A stretch of 64,000 bases of DNA from Nibricoccus sp. (GCA_047602425.1 JASGHG010000001.1:352001-416000), one strand, 5' to 3'. Positions 19,386-29,882 are shown, counted from the first letter of the stretch. Notes: generated from the letters alone by a model not told the origin. A program made the numbers and translations.

Positions 19386-20348
19386 ATGCACCGCCGCGCC
19401 CTCGTCTTCGTTCTCTGCCTGGCCAATCTCGCCAAGGCCGATACCCCTCCGGCTGCCAAAAGCGAACCGTCCGCTCCGCCCCAAAAACGGTCCTCCGAAA
19501 GCGATGCGCTCTTCGACCTCGGGAAATCCCTGTTCGACGAATATGCGCCACCCGAGATTAAGGAACAGTTCGAATTTCCTTCGAAACAGCAGTGGGATCT
19601 CTTTGCCGCGAAATTGCAGCGTGCGCTCGATGGCGACTCGTTCGAGGATTTGGCCGCCTTCGAACCCCAGGCCCGCGCCGCCCTCCTCGCCCTGCGCACG
19701 ATTCCTGATTGTGAAGATTACGCCGACTGGCTTGAAGAAAAACTCGAACTCATCACCGCCGCCAAACAAATCACGCAACCTGCCCCTCCTCCGAAGCCGG
19801 ACCAACCCAAGCCGCCTGAGCCGCGGGCCGATCTGCCGCAATACGACCTCTGGCTGCAACGCATCAGCGCCCGTCCGCTGCCGCCCAACGCAGAGCGGCT
19901 TCTGCCCATTGTCACCGAACAATTCTCCGCCGTCGGCTCGCCACGCGAACTTGTCTGGGTTGCCGAGGTGGAGTCCACCTTCAATCCTGCCGCCCGCAGT
20001 CCGGCCGGGGCGCGCGGCCTTTACCAACTCATGCCCGAAACCGCCAAGGGTCTCGGCCTGAGCGTCTTTCTGCCCGACGACCGAACCGACCCGAAAAAAA
20101 GCGCCGATGCCGCCGCCCGCTTGCTCAAACGCCTGTATTCAAAATTCGGCGACTGGCCGCTCGCCCTTGCCGCCTACAATGCCGGTGAAGGCCGCGTGAG
20201 CCGCACGCTCACCGCGCGCAAAGCCAAGACCTTCGCCGAAATCGCGCCCGCCCTTTCGGTCGAAACACGCCTTTACGTTCCCAAAGTCCTCGCCACCATC
20301 GCCCACCGCACCGGCACCAAACCCGAGGCGTTATCGGCCCCGCGTTAG
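19386..20348 (+). CDS. Lytic transglycosylase (SLT domain)
   Basis: VESTFNP.ARS.AGARGLYQLMPETA, LALAAYNAGEG, ETRLYVPKV. Confidence 0.9.
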   Translation: MHRRALVFVLCLANLAKADTPPAAKSEPSAPPQKRSSESDALFDLGKSLFDEYAPPEIKEQFEFPSKQQWDLFAAKLQRALDGDSFEDLAAFEPQARAALLALRTIPDCEDYADWLEEKLELITAAKQITQPAPPPKPDQPKPPEPRADLPQYDLWLQRISARPLPPNAERLLPIVTEQFSAVGSPRELVWVAEVESTFNPAARSPAGARGLYQLMPETAKGLGLSVFLPDDRTDPKKSADAAARLLKRLYSKFGDWPLALAAYNAGEGRVSRTLTARKAKTFAEIAPALSVETRLYVPKVLATIAHRTGTKPEALSAPR

Positions 20349-20349
20349 C

Positions 20350-20417
20350 ATGGAGGGCCGACTTTCACGTCGGCATGCCGCTGGAGTAAATGGCCCACGT
20401 GGAAGTCGGCCCTCCAT
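20350..20417. repeat. REP-like inverted repeat
   Basis: ATGGAGGGCCGACTTTCACGT / ACGTGGAAGTCGGCCCTCCAT; one arm recurs at 21256-21281. Confidence 0.7.
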
Positions 20418-20443
20418 CGGGAAAACAGAAAACCATACACGCG

Positions 20444-20474
20444 AAAAGCCCGCACCGTTTTCCGATGCGGGCTT
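20444..20474 (-). terminator. Intrinsic terminator after tonB
   Basis: AAAAGCCCGCA...TGCGGGCTT; gives the U-tract on the minus strand. Confidence 0.65.
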
Positions 20475-20500
20475 ACTACCCCTGCTAGACCAAAAACCGT

Positions 20501-21190
20501 TTATTCGCTTAGGCTAAAAACAACCGGCAGACTCATTCGGAAACGCACCGGCAGGCCTTTGTGTTTACCCGGAACGAATCGCCACTCCGAAACCGCAGCG
20601 ACCGTCGCGTCATCGAAACCGCGGTGCGTTGACTTGATCACCTTCACGTTCTGCACGCGGCCGTTTTCCATAACGATAAACTCAACCCAAACCGTGCCGG
20701 TCGCGCCGGAGCTCCGCAGCGCGGCGGGATAAACCGGCTCCTTCTGATAGCGCGTGGCTGGCGGCGCATCGAGTGAAGTTGGATTGAAGATGCCATTGCC
20801 TGAACCCGAACCACCACCATCGCCCCAGCCACGCAGTTTTCCTGGAATTTTGTCGCCCGGGCCGATGGGGACCGGATCGTAGGTCTGGCGCATGCGTCCG
20901 TCGTCAATGCCGTAGTCGGTAGGCGGAAGTTCGGGGATTCCCGGCGGATGCAATACTTCTTCGGTCGTTTCGCCCCCACTCTCTTTATTGTCAGCTATAT
21001 TCTTAACCTCTTCGTTCACCACCTGCACAACACGGTCAAAAATATCCTTTTCGGGCGGCTTGGGTGAGTCCTTCGGCGTAGACGTAATTGCAACAGTGCC
21101 GGCCGGCGGCGGCTTTCCCGAACCAACGAAAAAGATTAAAGCATGGACGGCCAGGGCCAGCGCGGCGGGAAGTGCGTATTTGCGGTTCAT
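20501..21190 (-). CDS. Energy transducer TonB-family protein
   Basis: N-terminal TM anchor with His (ALAVHALIF), Pro/Gly-rich linker, PVYP..LR..G..G.V.VEF, WRFVPGK TonB_C motifs. Confidence 0.87.
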   Translation of the reverse strand: MNRKYALPAALALAVHALIFFVGSGKPPPAGTVAITSTPKDSPKPPEKDIFDRVVQVVNEEVKNIADNKESGGETTEEVLHPPGIPELPPTDYGIDDGRMRQTYDPVPIGPGDKIPGKLRGWGDGGGSGSGNGIFNPTSLDAPPATRYQKEPVYPAALRSSGATGTVWVEFIVMENGRVQNVKVIKSTHRGFDDATVAAVSEWRFVPGKHKGLPVRFRMSLPVVFSLSE

Positions 21191-21255
21191 GGGGTTCCTT
21201 TGGTTGAGTGTTCATAAAGGAAACGCGCGACCGCGGCGTTTATTACTGAAAACTT

Positions 21256-21314
21256 ATGGAGGACCGACTTTCATGTGGGCCCTTGCCGAAGGGCCTGAGC
21301 AAGCTCAGGCCTAC
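21256..21314. repeat. REP-like repeat copies
   Basis: Copy of the 20350 arm plus palindrome GGCCTGAGC-AA-GCTCAGGCC-TAC; a related GTAGGGCCTGAGCTTGC occurs at 45490-45506. Confidence 0.6.
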
Positions 21315-21349
21315 CACAAACCGCCCTCCCGTCGGGCGCGGCCTTGGTC

Positions 21350-22048
21350 CTACTCCGTAACACCGCTAAACGGATGCGCCGAGACGCGATCGACTATGAC
21401 ACGGGCCTTTTCCCAGGCGGCGATGAAACGCAGTCCCGCCGCCGAACCATCGAATTGGAGTACCAGGTCGTCGAGATCCCGGAGTTGTTCGATCAATGCA
21501 GCGGTGTCGGTTTCGAGTTCGCGCAAGAGGGTGCTACGGGTGATGGCTGGTCCCCGAGGTTTCCGACGAAGGGCGTCGAATGCCTCGATGGCTTGCGTTA
21601 ATCCCTCGATCCGCAACGTCGTTATTCCTAAAAATGCCGCCTTTTCTTCGGCTTGGGCGACACGCGCCAAATCGCGAATGGCGGTGGCCCTGGCGATCAG
21701 TTCGTTTTCCCGCAGGCGCACGATTTGCGTCAGCGACAAGTCGGCCTCCGCATGTCGGTCGAGGTCGTTGGATTTCCGAAAGTGGACCGCCAGCGCGCGG
21801 GTGAGCACGTAAGCCGCGTTTTCCAAGGTTGTTTCAGCCTGCGCCCTGACATCGCTCGCGCCACCTTTGGCGGTATCGGCGAGTGCGGCTTTCCCCAGCG
21901 CGATTTTATATCCAGCCTCAATGGAGGTGAGATCGACGCCAAAATGGCTCGGATCCCTCCCGAGCCAAACCAAGGAGTGCCCGCGGCTCTGAGCGACGCG
22001 CAGGCAGGTGCCGATCATATTGAGCTGATTCGACAGACGAATATTCAT
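21350..22048 (-). CDS. Hypothetical alpha-helical protein
   Basis: 232-aa ORF with ATG start and amphipathic helical composition; no motif recognised. Confidence 0.7.
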   Translation of the reverse strand: MNIRLSNQLNMIGTCLRVAQSRGHSLVWLGRDPSHFGVDLTSIEAGYKIALGKAALADTAKGGASDVRAQAETTLENAAYVLTRALAVHFRKSNDLDRHAEADLSLTQIVRLRENELIARATAIRDLARVAQAEEKAAFLGITTLRIEGLTQAIEAFDALRRKPRGPAITRSTLLRELETDTAALIEQLRDLDDLVLQFDGSAAGLRFIAAWEKARVIVDRVSAHPFSGVTE

Positions 22049-22272
22049 GTGTGGTGATGTGTGGTTGCGTGGTCCTCCGGTTGCGCGCTGCCTTCTTTTT
22101 TCTCAAACAAGCAGAAGAACCTCGCCGCCACCGGGAGTGTTCGCATCGACCGGGTTTGGGAGGGTTGGTTCCAAGCGAGCGGTTATTGTAAACGCTTTGC
22201 TGACGGGGAAGTTAATTTCCCGCAGACAAAAATTTTCCGTACGCAGCCTTTACGCTTTTCCCGCAAGGCCGC

Positions 22273-23184
22273 TTAAAGCGCCTCAAGTTCCACCGCCGCC
22301 ACTGCGCGGTTGCGTCCGCGAGCTTTGGCCTCATAGAGCGCTTTGTCGGCCACTTTCACCAATGTTACGGTATCGCCCGCGTTTTTCGGCATCGAGGCCG
22401 AACCAGCGCTCAGAGTCACCAGTCGCGCCGTGCCGTCGGCCAAGATGACGGGTTTTCCCGACATCATTTCCACCAAGCGGCGCGCCACTTCGCCCGCCGT
22501 GACATGGTCGACTTCGGTCAAAACCACAGCAAATTCCTCGCCGCCGATGCGCGCGCAGCGATCCACGCTCCGCAATTGTTGCCGGATGCGTTTCGCCACG
22601 GTTTGAAGCACGAGGTCGCCCGCAGGGTGCCCGTGGGTGTCGTTGATGCTTTTGAAGTGATCCAGATCGAGCATCACGATCGCATACGAGCGGCCAAAAC
22701 GTTTCGCGCGTTCGTGCTCTTCGCTAATGATGCGGTCGAATTCGCGACGATTCAGCAGACCCGTCAGTTGATCGTGCGTGGCCAGTTGCCGCATGGCCTC
22801 AAGTGTATCACTGAGCTTGAGCGCGTACCGCAGGGTGCGTTCGAGCGTGCGGGTGTTGATTTCGCCTTTGATCAAATAGTCGATCGCGCCGGCTTCCATG
22901 GCCTGCATATCCACTTTTTCGTCTTTTTCGGCCGTGAGAAAAATAATGGGCACGCGGCAACCAGCCGCCTGAGCCGCGCGCAGGAGCATGAGGCCATCGC
23001 GTTCGCCGAGTTGATAATCGAGCAGACAAACCGAGTAGTCGCCATGCAGCAGTTTTTGCAGGCCGGCTTCGTAATTATCGACCCAGTCGACGACGAACTT
23101 CTCCAGCCAGAATTGTCCAAGGCTGGCCGCAGTGAGTTTGCACTGCAAACGATCGTCGTCGATGAGGAGAACACGCCGGGGCAT
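22273..23184 (-). CDS. Response-regulator diguanylate cyclase (REC-GGDEF)
   Basis: VLLIDDD...LLDYQL receiver; DQLTGLLNRR, DLDHFKSINDTHGH.AGD, RSVD I-site, GGEEF. Confidence 0.92.
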   Translation of the reverse strand: MPRRVLLIDDDRLQCKLTAASLGQFWLEKFVVDWVDNYEAGLQKLLHGDYSVCLLDYQLGERDGLMLLRAAQAAGCRVPIIFLTAEKDEKVDMQAMEAGAIDYLIKGEINTRTLERTLRYALKLSDTLEAMRQLATHDQLTGLLNRREFDRIISEEHERAKRFGRSYAIVMLDLDHFKSINDTHGHPAGDLVLQTVAKRIRQQLRSVDRCARIGGEEFAVVLTEVDHVTAGEVARRLVEMMSGKPVILADGTARLVTLSAGSASMPKNAGDTVTLVKVADKALYEAKARGRNRAVAAVELEAL

Positions 23185-23202
23185 GGCGGAGCTATGACGG
23201 TT

Positions 23203-24006
23203 TTATCTGCGCAGGCCCAGCGCAAAATCCACGGCTTTTGAGGCCAACGCCGGAGCGATGCGGTCGCGTTGTGTAAGGTTGTCGCGGATACAATTCACCA
23301 ACGCGCTGCCTATCACCACGCCGTCGGCATGTGCGGCGATCTGAGAAACATGAGCGCGGGTCGAAACACCAAAACCAACCACCACCGGCAAGCCTTTGGC
23401 TGCGGCTTTGATGCGGGCCACCGCCTCGGGGACGTTTGCGGCAACTTGGTCGCGCACCCCCGTCACGCCTTCGCGCGAAACATAGTAGATGAACCCCGTT
23501 GCCACCGCTGTAATCTTCGGCAGACGCGAATCGGGCGTGGTCGGTGCCACGATGAAAATGGTTTTCATATCATGCTTGCGGCAGGCTTCCATGACTTCGC
23601 CCGCCTCTTCCGGTGGCAAGTCCAGCGTGAGCATGCCGTCGACTCCGGCTTCACGCGCGGCGCGGACGTAGGCTTCGACGCCATTGGCGAAAACAAGATT
23701 GTAATACGTATAGAATACAATCGGCACTTGGCTGAAGGCGCGGATGCGTCGAACCAGTTCAAAAACCTTCGCCGCATTCATCCCGCTTTCAAGCGCCCGC
23801 TGGGCAGCCAGCTGATTTGTCAGTCCATCCGCCAGAGGATCAGAAAAAGGCACGCCGAGTTCGAGCACGTCGACGCCGTTTTCCAACAACGCGCGGCAGG
23901 CGGCAAGCGATGTCTCCAAATCCGGATCGCCCGCGCAAAGATAGGCCACGAAACAGGCGCGGTTTTCAGAGCGGGCACGGGCGAAGGTTTGGGCGATGCG
24001 ATCCAT
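23203..24006 (-). CDS. trpA: Tryptophan synthase alpha chain
   Basis: AGDPD, ELGVPFSDPLADG, DLPPEE, GFIYYVSREGVTG, VGFGVS, ADGVVIGSA; start MDRI at 24006. Confidence 0.95.
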   Translation of the reverse strand: MDRIAQTFARARSENRACFVAYLCAGDPDLETSLAACRALLENGVDVLELGVPFSDPLADGLTNQLAAQRALESGMNAAKVFELVRRIRAFSQVPIVFYTYYNLVFANGVEAYVRAAREAGVDGMLTLDLPPEEAGEVMEACRKHDMKTIFIVAPTTPDSRLPKITAVATGFIYYVSREGVTGVRDQVAANVPEAVARIKAAAKGLPVVVGFGVSTRAHVSQIAAHADGVVIGSALVNCIRDNLTQRDRIAPALASKAVDFALGLRR

Positions 24007-24211
24007 GGATTTTAAAAATACGCCCGCAGTGGGCGCAGAGGCGACAACTGACAAAAGACCGGCCCGGCGCAAAGCGATTTTTTCGTCGCAGGCCCAGTGA
24101 GCGGTTTTGGCCTCGGGCACAGTTGCGAAGCAACTGCCGCGTCAGAGGGAAACGCGTTCCCGGAAATGGCCTGAGGAGAGGTAGTCGGCTCTCCCCGGCG
24201 CGTCGGTCCGT

Positions 24212-24976
24212 TCACTTCATCAGCTCTTTTACCGTGGGAGCGATCGCTGCGGTCCAACGACGGTAACCTTCCTCGGTGAGATGCAAGGCATCCTCCGATA
24301 CGGCCTTCGAAAGCGTGCCATCGGGCTCAAGAAAAACTTTCCCTATATCGCGCACGAAAACCGTTTTCCCGTCATCCAATTTCATGAGGTTGGCATTGAT
24401 CTTCGCGATGGTTGCCCGCACCGGCGCGTCGGCTTTTTGGTCACGCGGAAAGATTCCCAAAAGCAAAACTTTCGCCGACGGGTACCCCGCGCGCAATTTT
24501 GCCACCACGGCCGACACGCCACGCGTGATATCGCCGACATCGTCTGGCGTGGTCCAAAGGTTGTTCGTCCCGATCAACAAGACCACCAGCTTCGGCTTCA
24601 ACGCGCCGACTTCGCCGTTTTCGAGGCGCCAAAGCACATTTTGCGTGCGGTCGCCACCGATGCCGAAGTTCACGTATCGATAATCGCCGAAGGTCTTTTG
24701 CCAGCTTTCGCTCCAGCGCGCCATCTCCGTGATCGAGTCGCCTTGAAAGACCAAATCAGCCTCGCCCTTCGCCGCCAACGCGACGCTGGCCGCATGCATT
24801 TCGTTCCAGCGTTCGAGCGACATCCAGGGATAACTGCGGTCGCGCGGCACAGGTTTGACTGGATCGCTAGAGGGAGGCGGTGGTTCGGTGACGGGCTTGT
24901 TCTCGGCCAGCGAAATGCCGGCCGCGCTGAGGCAAAAGGTCATGATAAAAATCTTTCCGATTCGTGAATGGGGCAT
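24212..24976 (-). CDS. Secreted SGNH/GDSL esterase (PAF-acetylhydrolase-like)
   Basis: FQGDSIT, NFGIGGD, LIGTNN, DALH blocks; signal-peptide-like N-terminus. Confidence 0.88.
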   Translation of the reverse strand: MPHSRIGKIFIMTFCLSAAGISLAENKPVTEPPPPSSDPVKPVPRDRSYPWMSLERWNEMHAASVALAAKGEADLVFQGDSITEMARWSESWQKTFGDYRYVNFGIGGDRTQNVLWRLENGEVGALKPKLVVLLIGTNNLWTTPDDVGDITRGVSAVVAKLRAGYPSAKVLLLGIFPRDQKADAPVRATIAKINANLMKLDDGKTVFVRDIGKVFLEPDGTLSKAVSEDALHLTEEGYRRWTAAIAPTVKELMK

Positions 24977-25164
24977 GACGGTGAAATGACAGACCGCGCG
25001 CTTCACCGCCAGCCTTTCAAAAACCCGGGCCTTAAGAATGCCGCGCCAGTATTTGAGTTTGTTTGCCCGCACCTCTGAAATCGCCAAAAATCACGCCATC
25101 GACAACCGGCCCGCAACCGCGCTCAATTTTCCCCGCGCTTAATCCCCTCCTCCGTATTGTTGCC

Positions 25165-26376
25165 ATGAAAAAACTTCTCGCACTCTTCCTCTGCTTCGCC
25201 GCGCCTGCCTTCGCGCAAAAATTCGAAGGGCTCGCCCTCACCCCTCCGATGGGTTTCAACACTTGGAACACTTTCGCCAAGGACATCAACGAGGTCCTCA
25301 TCATGCAGACGGCCGACACCATGGTGAAAAATGGCATGCGCGACGCCGGTTATACGTACATCGTGCTCGATGACTGCTGGTCGCTCAAGGAGCGCGACGC
25401 GCTAGGGAACCTTGTGCCAGATCCAACCAAATTTCCGTCCGGCATGAAAGCCCTCGGCGATTTCCTGCACGCCCGCGGTTTCAAATTCGGCATTTATGGC
25501 TGCGCTGGCTCCAAGACCTGCGGCGGGTATCCCGGCAGCCAGGGCCATGAATATCAAGATGCGCTCCTGTTCGCTTCTTGGGGCGTCGATTATCTCAAAT
25601 ATGATTGGTGCTACACCGCCACGCGCGATCCCCGTGAAGCTTACACGACCATGCGCGATGCCCTCTATGCCGCGAAGCGTCCGGTCGTTTTCAGTATTTG
25701 CGAATGGGGCGGAAGCAAACCATGGGAATGGGCCAAAGATGTCGGCCATCTCTGGCGCACCACCGGCGATATCACGGATTGCTATGATTGCGTCCAACGC
25801 TGGGAGCGCGGCTGGAAAGTCATTCTCGATCTTCAGCGCACCCTTGTGCAGCCGAACGACGGACAGAATAACGGCATCGGCAAATTCGCCGGCCCCGGCC
25901 ATTGGAACGATCCCGACATGCTCGAAGTCGGCAACGAGGGACTGACCTTCGCCGAATCCCGCGCCCACTTTTCGATGTGGTGCATGCTCGCCGCGCCGCT
26001 CATGGCCGGCAATGACGTGCGCAAAATGTCCCCCGAGATTCTCGCCCTCATGACGGACAAGGAAGCGCTCGCCATCGATCAGGACTCGCTCGGCAAGGCC
26101 GCCTGGCCCTTCCGCACTGAACCTGGCCGCGAAATTTGGGTGCGCGAACTTTCCAATGGCGACTGGGCGCTCGCCCTCCTCAATACCGGCGACAAACCCG
26201 CCGATCTCACGGTCGACTTCGGCCCCATGTGGTTCCTCGGCGGCAAATGCCAGCTTCGCGATATCTGGGATAAAAAGGATGCCGGCACGACCGAAAAGCA
26301 TTTCATCAAGCGCCTCGAGTCCCACGACGTTGCCCTCCTCCGGCTCAAGCCGATCAAAGAGCCAGCGGTAAAATAA
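25165..26376 (+). CDS. Secreted GH27 alpha-galactosidase
   Basis: MKKLLAL signal; TPPMGFNTWN, LDDCW, WGVDYLKYDWC, WRTTGDI, WNDPDMLEVGN. Confidence 0.93.
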   Translation: MKKLLALFLCFAAPAFAQKFEGLALTPPMGFNTWNTFAKDINEVLIMQTADTMVKNGMRDAGYTYIVLDDCWSLKERDALGNLVPDPTKFPSGMKALGDFLHARGFKFGIYGCAGSKTCGGYPGSQGHEYQDALLFASWGVDYLKYDWCYTATRDPREAYTTMRDALYAAKRPVVFSICEWGGSKPWEWAKDVGHLWRTTGDITDCYDCVQRWERGWKVILDLQRTLVQPNDGQNNGIGKFAGPGHWNDPDMLEVGNEGLTFAESRAHFSMWCMLAAPLMAGNDVRKMSPEILALMTDKEALAIDQDSLGKAAWPFRTEPGREIWVRELSNGDWALALLNTGDKPADLTVDFGPMWFLGGKCQLRDIWDKKDAGTTEKHFIKRLESHDVALLRLKPIKEPAVK

Positions 26377-26437
26377 CCACCAGCAAGATCCATCCGCCTT
26401 TGCCGCGCTTCTTTTAACGCTGCGTCGCCGTCATTGG

Positions 26438-27118
26438 CTATTTGTCGGTCGTCACCCGCGTACTGCCCTCGATGACACCCGTGGCTATTGCGTGGCGGGT
26501 CAGTCCGGCGGTGTGGTGAATATCAAGCTTGTCCATCAGCCGTTGCCGGTGTTTTTCCACGGTTTTGATGCTAATGCCTAGTTCGGCCGCGACTTGTTTG
26601 TTGGCGGCACCCTCGGCGACGAGTTGCAGAACTTCGACCTCGCGTGAGGTCAAGGGTCGTTTCGACTTGGTTTTGGCCGCGCCGCTTTCGGGCCGGCTTC
26701 GCCCGATGGTTCCTATCCTGCCGGCAATCGATGAACTGAAAAAGGAGCGCCCGTCGGCGATTTCCCGCACGGCTTGAACAAGTACTTGGCCGGAGTTTTG
26801 TTTCAAAAGATAACCGGATACACCGATCGAGATCATATGGGCGACGTATTCGTCGTCGCTGTGGGCGGAGAGTACGAGAATCTTCGTTTCAGGCGCCGAA
26901 AACAGGATCTGGCGAGCGGCTTCGAAGCCGTTGAGCAAGGGCATGGCGATGTCCATCACAACAATGTTGGGCCGAAGTTTTCGCGCCAATTCCACCGCCT
27001 GACGCCCATTTGCCGCTTCGCCGACTACTTCAAAATTTTTGTCCATCTCCAACAGTGTCCGCAGTCCTTCACGGACGATGGCGTGATCTTCTGCCAGCAA
27101 CACCGTTGTTTTTTTCAT
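26438..27118 (-). CDS. NarL/FixJ-family response regulator (REC + LuxR HTH)
   Basis: VLLAEDHAIVREG, MDIAMP, LTSREVEVLQLVAEG..NKQVA..LGISIKTVEKH. Confidence 0.93.
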   Translation of the reverse strand: MKKTTVLLAEDHAIVREGLRTLLEMDKNFEVVGEAANGRQAVELARKLRPNIVVMDIAMPLLNGFEAARQILFSAPETKILVLSAHSDDEYVAHMISIGVSGYLLKQNSGQVLVQAVREIADGRSFFSSSIAGRIGTIGRSRPESGAAKTKSKRPLTSREVEVLQLVAEGAANKQVAAELGISIKTVEKHRQRLMDKLDIHHTAGLTRHAIATGVIEGSTRVTTDK

Positions 27119-27398
27119 GCGCGTACCCTTCGGCGGTTCTCGCCAAACGGAACATCGCTGGGAGCGAAAGAACTGCCGCGTTGAGCTCTTCGCCGCTGTA
27201 GGCGATGTTGCGACGCTGCTTGGCAACGGGTGACGGTTTTTATTTGTGGGGTATGGGCCATGGCAGCTGTTTTTCCAGCGCGCCAGGTGACTACGTAGCA
27301 CCTTGCGACTCTCGCCCAGCGATATTTAGCGAAAATCGACTCAATACCTGCGCAAGCGAAAACTATTCAAACCAAGAATCGTTTGCGAGCCCTCGTTT

Positions 27399-27466
27399 AT
27401 GGGGTAAAGACCTACCGCTATGTTAGCTCTCCTGCCTGCAAGAAGATCGGTGGGTTAATACCCCAT
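27399..27466. promoter_or_regulatory. Two inverted copies of an RTGGGGTA..CC operator-like motif
   Basis: ATGGGGTAAAGACCTA (27399-27414, +) and ATGGGGTATTAACCCA (27451-27466, -) between divergent regulator genes. Confidence 0.55.
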
Positions 27467-27563
27467 ACTACTTCCTGCTCATGAAGAGTATGGTCGCGGC
27501 GCGAGGGAATATTCCATGCCGCTCCTCTTGGAGCAGCGCCTTCAACGAACGCTTCACAACAAC

Positions 27564-27743
27564 ATGAAAAAAACTCCCATCATCACATATCTCGTTCTCG
27601 AAACCGCGCCCCGCACTGAAACCGGAGCTTACAACATCGGCTGGCCTCCCGCTCCCGATTTGGTTGAGGCGTCCGAACAGAGTAGCTGGCCCGAAAACAT
27701 CACAGCCTTCGTCAACGCCGCTGACAGCCCCTCTGCCTCATGA
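27564..27743 (+). CDS. Small hypothetical protein
   Basis: 59-aa ORF MKKTPII...; its stop overlaps the next start (ATGA). Confidence 0.4.
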   Translation: MKKTPIITYLVLETAPRTETGAYNIGWPPAPDLVEASEQSSWPENITAFVNAADSPSAS

Positions 27744-28279
27744 GTATTTGCGAATCGAATTCCGTTCCTCCCTTTGGCTCCGAGTCGTTTTCAACCGCGA
27801 ACGGTGACCTTACCAAACCGCCAAAAATTCTGCTCAACATATTGGTGGTGGACGACGATGACGCCGTGCGAAATGTATTGGCCAGCGTACTACGTCGGGC
27901 CTCGTACACGGTGGACTGCGCGAGTGATGGCGAGGAGGCCTGGCGCTTGCTCACCACCGGCGACTACGATGGCATGGTGACCGACAACGAAATGCCACGG
28001 ATGTCCGGTTTGGAACTTGTGCGACGCTTGCGGGCCCTTCCGTCAAACCTGCCGGTCATCCTGATTTCCGGTCGCATGCCCGGTAGTGAGGAGGAATTGG
28101 AAGAGTTGATCTCGCCCGGCATGGCCTTGGACAAACCTTTTTCTTTCGACAAATTACTCGCCGCGGTTTGCACCGTCTTCACGCAAGAACGTCTTGCGAA
28201 CCCGGTTTTCAACGGACACGTCCCACAGCACGGCGCTCACGCCCGTTTTGCCGCCAACCGAACAACGATAAACCGCTAG
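27740..28279 (+). CDS. Single-domain response regulator (receiver)
   Basis: ILVVDDD, VTDNEMPRMSGLE, ILISG, DKPF. Confidence 0.87.
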   Translation: MSICESNSVPPFGSESFSTANGDLTKPPKILLNILVVDDDDAVRNVLASVLRRASYTVDCASDGEEAWRLLTTGDYDGMVTDNEMPRMSGLELVRRLRALPSNLPVILISGRMPGSEEELEELISPGMALDKPFSFDKLLAAVCTVFTQERLANPVFNGHVPQHGAHARFAANRTTINR

Positions 28280-28411
28280 ACGACAGCGTTTCCAGAGGGA
28301 GCAGAGCTAAAATTTTTCCTATCGCGGGAGCGGCGCAGCGAGGTTGTCACGAGGGATGTGCGATGACGCGCTGGTCCGTTGCAGCTTTGCGGCAAGGTGT
28401 CATATTGTCCG

Positions 28412-29791
28412 ATGAGAAACGAACGAGACTCGATGGGAGAAATGTCCGTGCCCGACTCCGCGCTCTACGGAGCCTCGACGCAACGCGCCGCACTGAATTT
28501 CCCGATTAGCGGCCACAGGATGCCCGAAGCGTTTATCCGCGGCCTTGGACTGGTGAAGTTTGCCTGCGCCTCCGCAAATGCGGAACTCCGGTTGCTCAGC
28601 CCGGAAAAAACCCGCCTGATCCAGCAGGTTTCGCAGGAAATCGTCGCAGGCGGACTTCACGAACATTTTCCCATCGACATCTTTCAAACGGGCTCCGGCA
28701 CTTCGACCAATACCAATATCAATGAAGTGATCGCCAATCGCGCGAGCCAGTTAAGTGGCCTGCCGATCGGTTCGAAAAAGCCCCTGCATCCCAACGATGA
28801 CGTGAACCTCGGCCAATCGTCGAACGATGTCATGCCGACCGCCCTCCATGTGAGCGTGGCGCTCGCACTCAAAGAGACATTGCGGCCGGCCCTGGAATAC
28901 CTGAAGAACGAATTGGTTTGGCGCTCCTGGGCTTTCAACGGCGTGGTGAAAATCGGCCGGACGCATCTCATGGATGCCACACCACTGACATTGGGACAGG
29001 AGTTTTCCGGTTACGCAGCCCAGGTTGGAAAAGCCGTCGAACGCGTGGACAAGGCAATGGCCGCCCTGCTGGAACTCGCCCTCGGAGGCACCGCGGTCGG
29101 CACGGGACTGAACTGTCATCCGGAATTCGCCGCAAAAACCTGTCACATCCTCCGGGAACAGACCGGCCTCCATTTTGTGGAAGCGCACAATCACTTTGAA
29201 GCACAGGCCGCGCGCGACGATGCGGTGGAGGTTGCCGGCCACCTTGCCACCATCGCCGCAAGTCTGACGAAAATCGCGAATGACATCCGCCTGCTCGGTT
29301 CGGGCCCGCGCAGCGGAATTGCCGAAATCCGTCTGCCCGCGACCCAGCCCGGGAGCTCCATCATGCCCGGCAAAGTGAATCCGGTGATGAGCGAAATGCT
29401 CGTGCAAGTTTGCCTCTATGTCCAAGGTTTGGCGCAAACGGTGGTGATGTGCGGACGCGACGGACATTTCGAGCTCAACGCGACCATTCCTCTCATCGCA
29501 TACTCCCTGCACGAGGCAATCCGTTGCCTGGGCCGCGGAGCCCGCATTTTTGCCGAAAAGTGCGTCCACGGCATTGAGGCCGATGCAGAACACTGCGCCC
29601 AACTGGTGCAGCGCTCCCTCATGCTGGTGACAGCGTTGAATCCATATATCGGATACGATCAGGCGGCGGCGGTGGCCAAGGAGGCCTTCAATACCAATCG
29701 GACCTTGCGAGAAGTCGTGCTCGAAAAAACGTTATTGGATGCCGCCACGCTCGACCGCGCGCTTGATCCCAAAAACATGACCAAGGCGTAA
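28412..29791 (+). CDS. fumC: Class II fumarate hydratase
   Basis: RNERDSMGE, FQTGSGTSTN, HPNDDVN.GQSSND, KIGRTHLMDA, GSSIMPGKVNP. Confidence 0.92.
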   Translation: MRNERDSMGEMSVPDSALYGASTQRAALNFPISGHRMPEAFIRGLGLVKFACASANAELRLLSPEKTRLIQQVSQEIVAGGLHEHFPIDIFQTGSGTSTNTNINEVIANRASQLSGLPIGSKKPLHPNDDVNLGQSSNDVMPTALHVSVALALKETLRPALEYLKNELVWRSWAFNGVVKIGRTHLMDATPLTLGQEFSGYAAQVGKAVERVDKAMAALLELALGGTAVGTGLNCHPEFAAKTCHILREQTGLHFVEAHNHFEAQAARDDAVEVAGHLATIAASLTKIANDIRLLGSGPRSGIAEIRLPATQPGSSIMPGKVNPVMSEMLVQVCLYVQGLAQTVVMCGRDGHFELNATIPLIAYSLHEAIRCLGRGARIFAEKCVHGIEADAEHCAQLVQRSLMLVTALNPYIGYDQAAAVAKEAFNTNRTLREVVLEKTLLDAATLDRALDPKNMTKA

Positions 29792-29866
29792 TCGTCCGCC
29801 GCCGGCCGTACGTTCGCGCCAGAGCTGTTCCGGATCGCCGGTCAATCGATTCCCGCTGATTCAGGG

Positions 29867-29882
29867 ACGGGTAATACCCCAT
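29867..29882 (-). promoter_or_regulatory. RTGGGGTA..CC motif copy upstream of the PKS trio
   Basis: Reverse complement reads ATGGGGTATTACCCGT. Confidence 0.5.

Noticed and set aside
19378..20061. 227-aa alternative-frame ORF over the SLT gene (and similar overlapping ORFs elsewhere)
   Set aside because: Low-complexity off-frame translation of a well-supported gene
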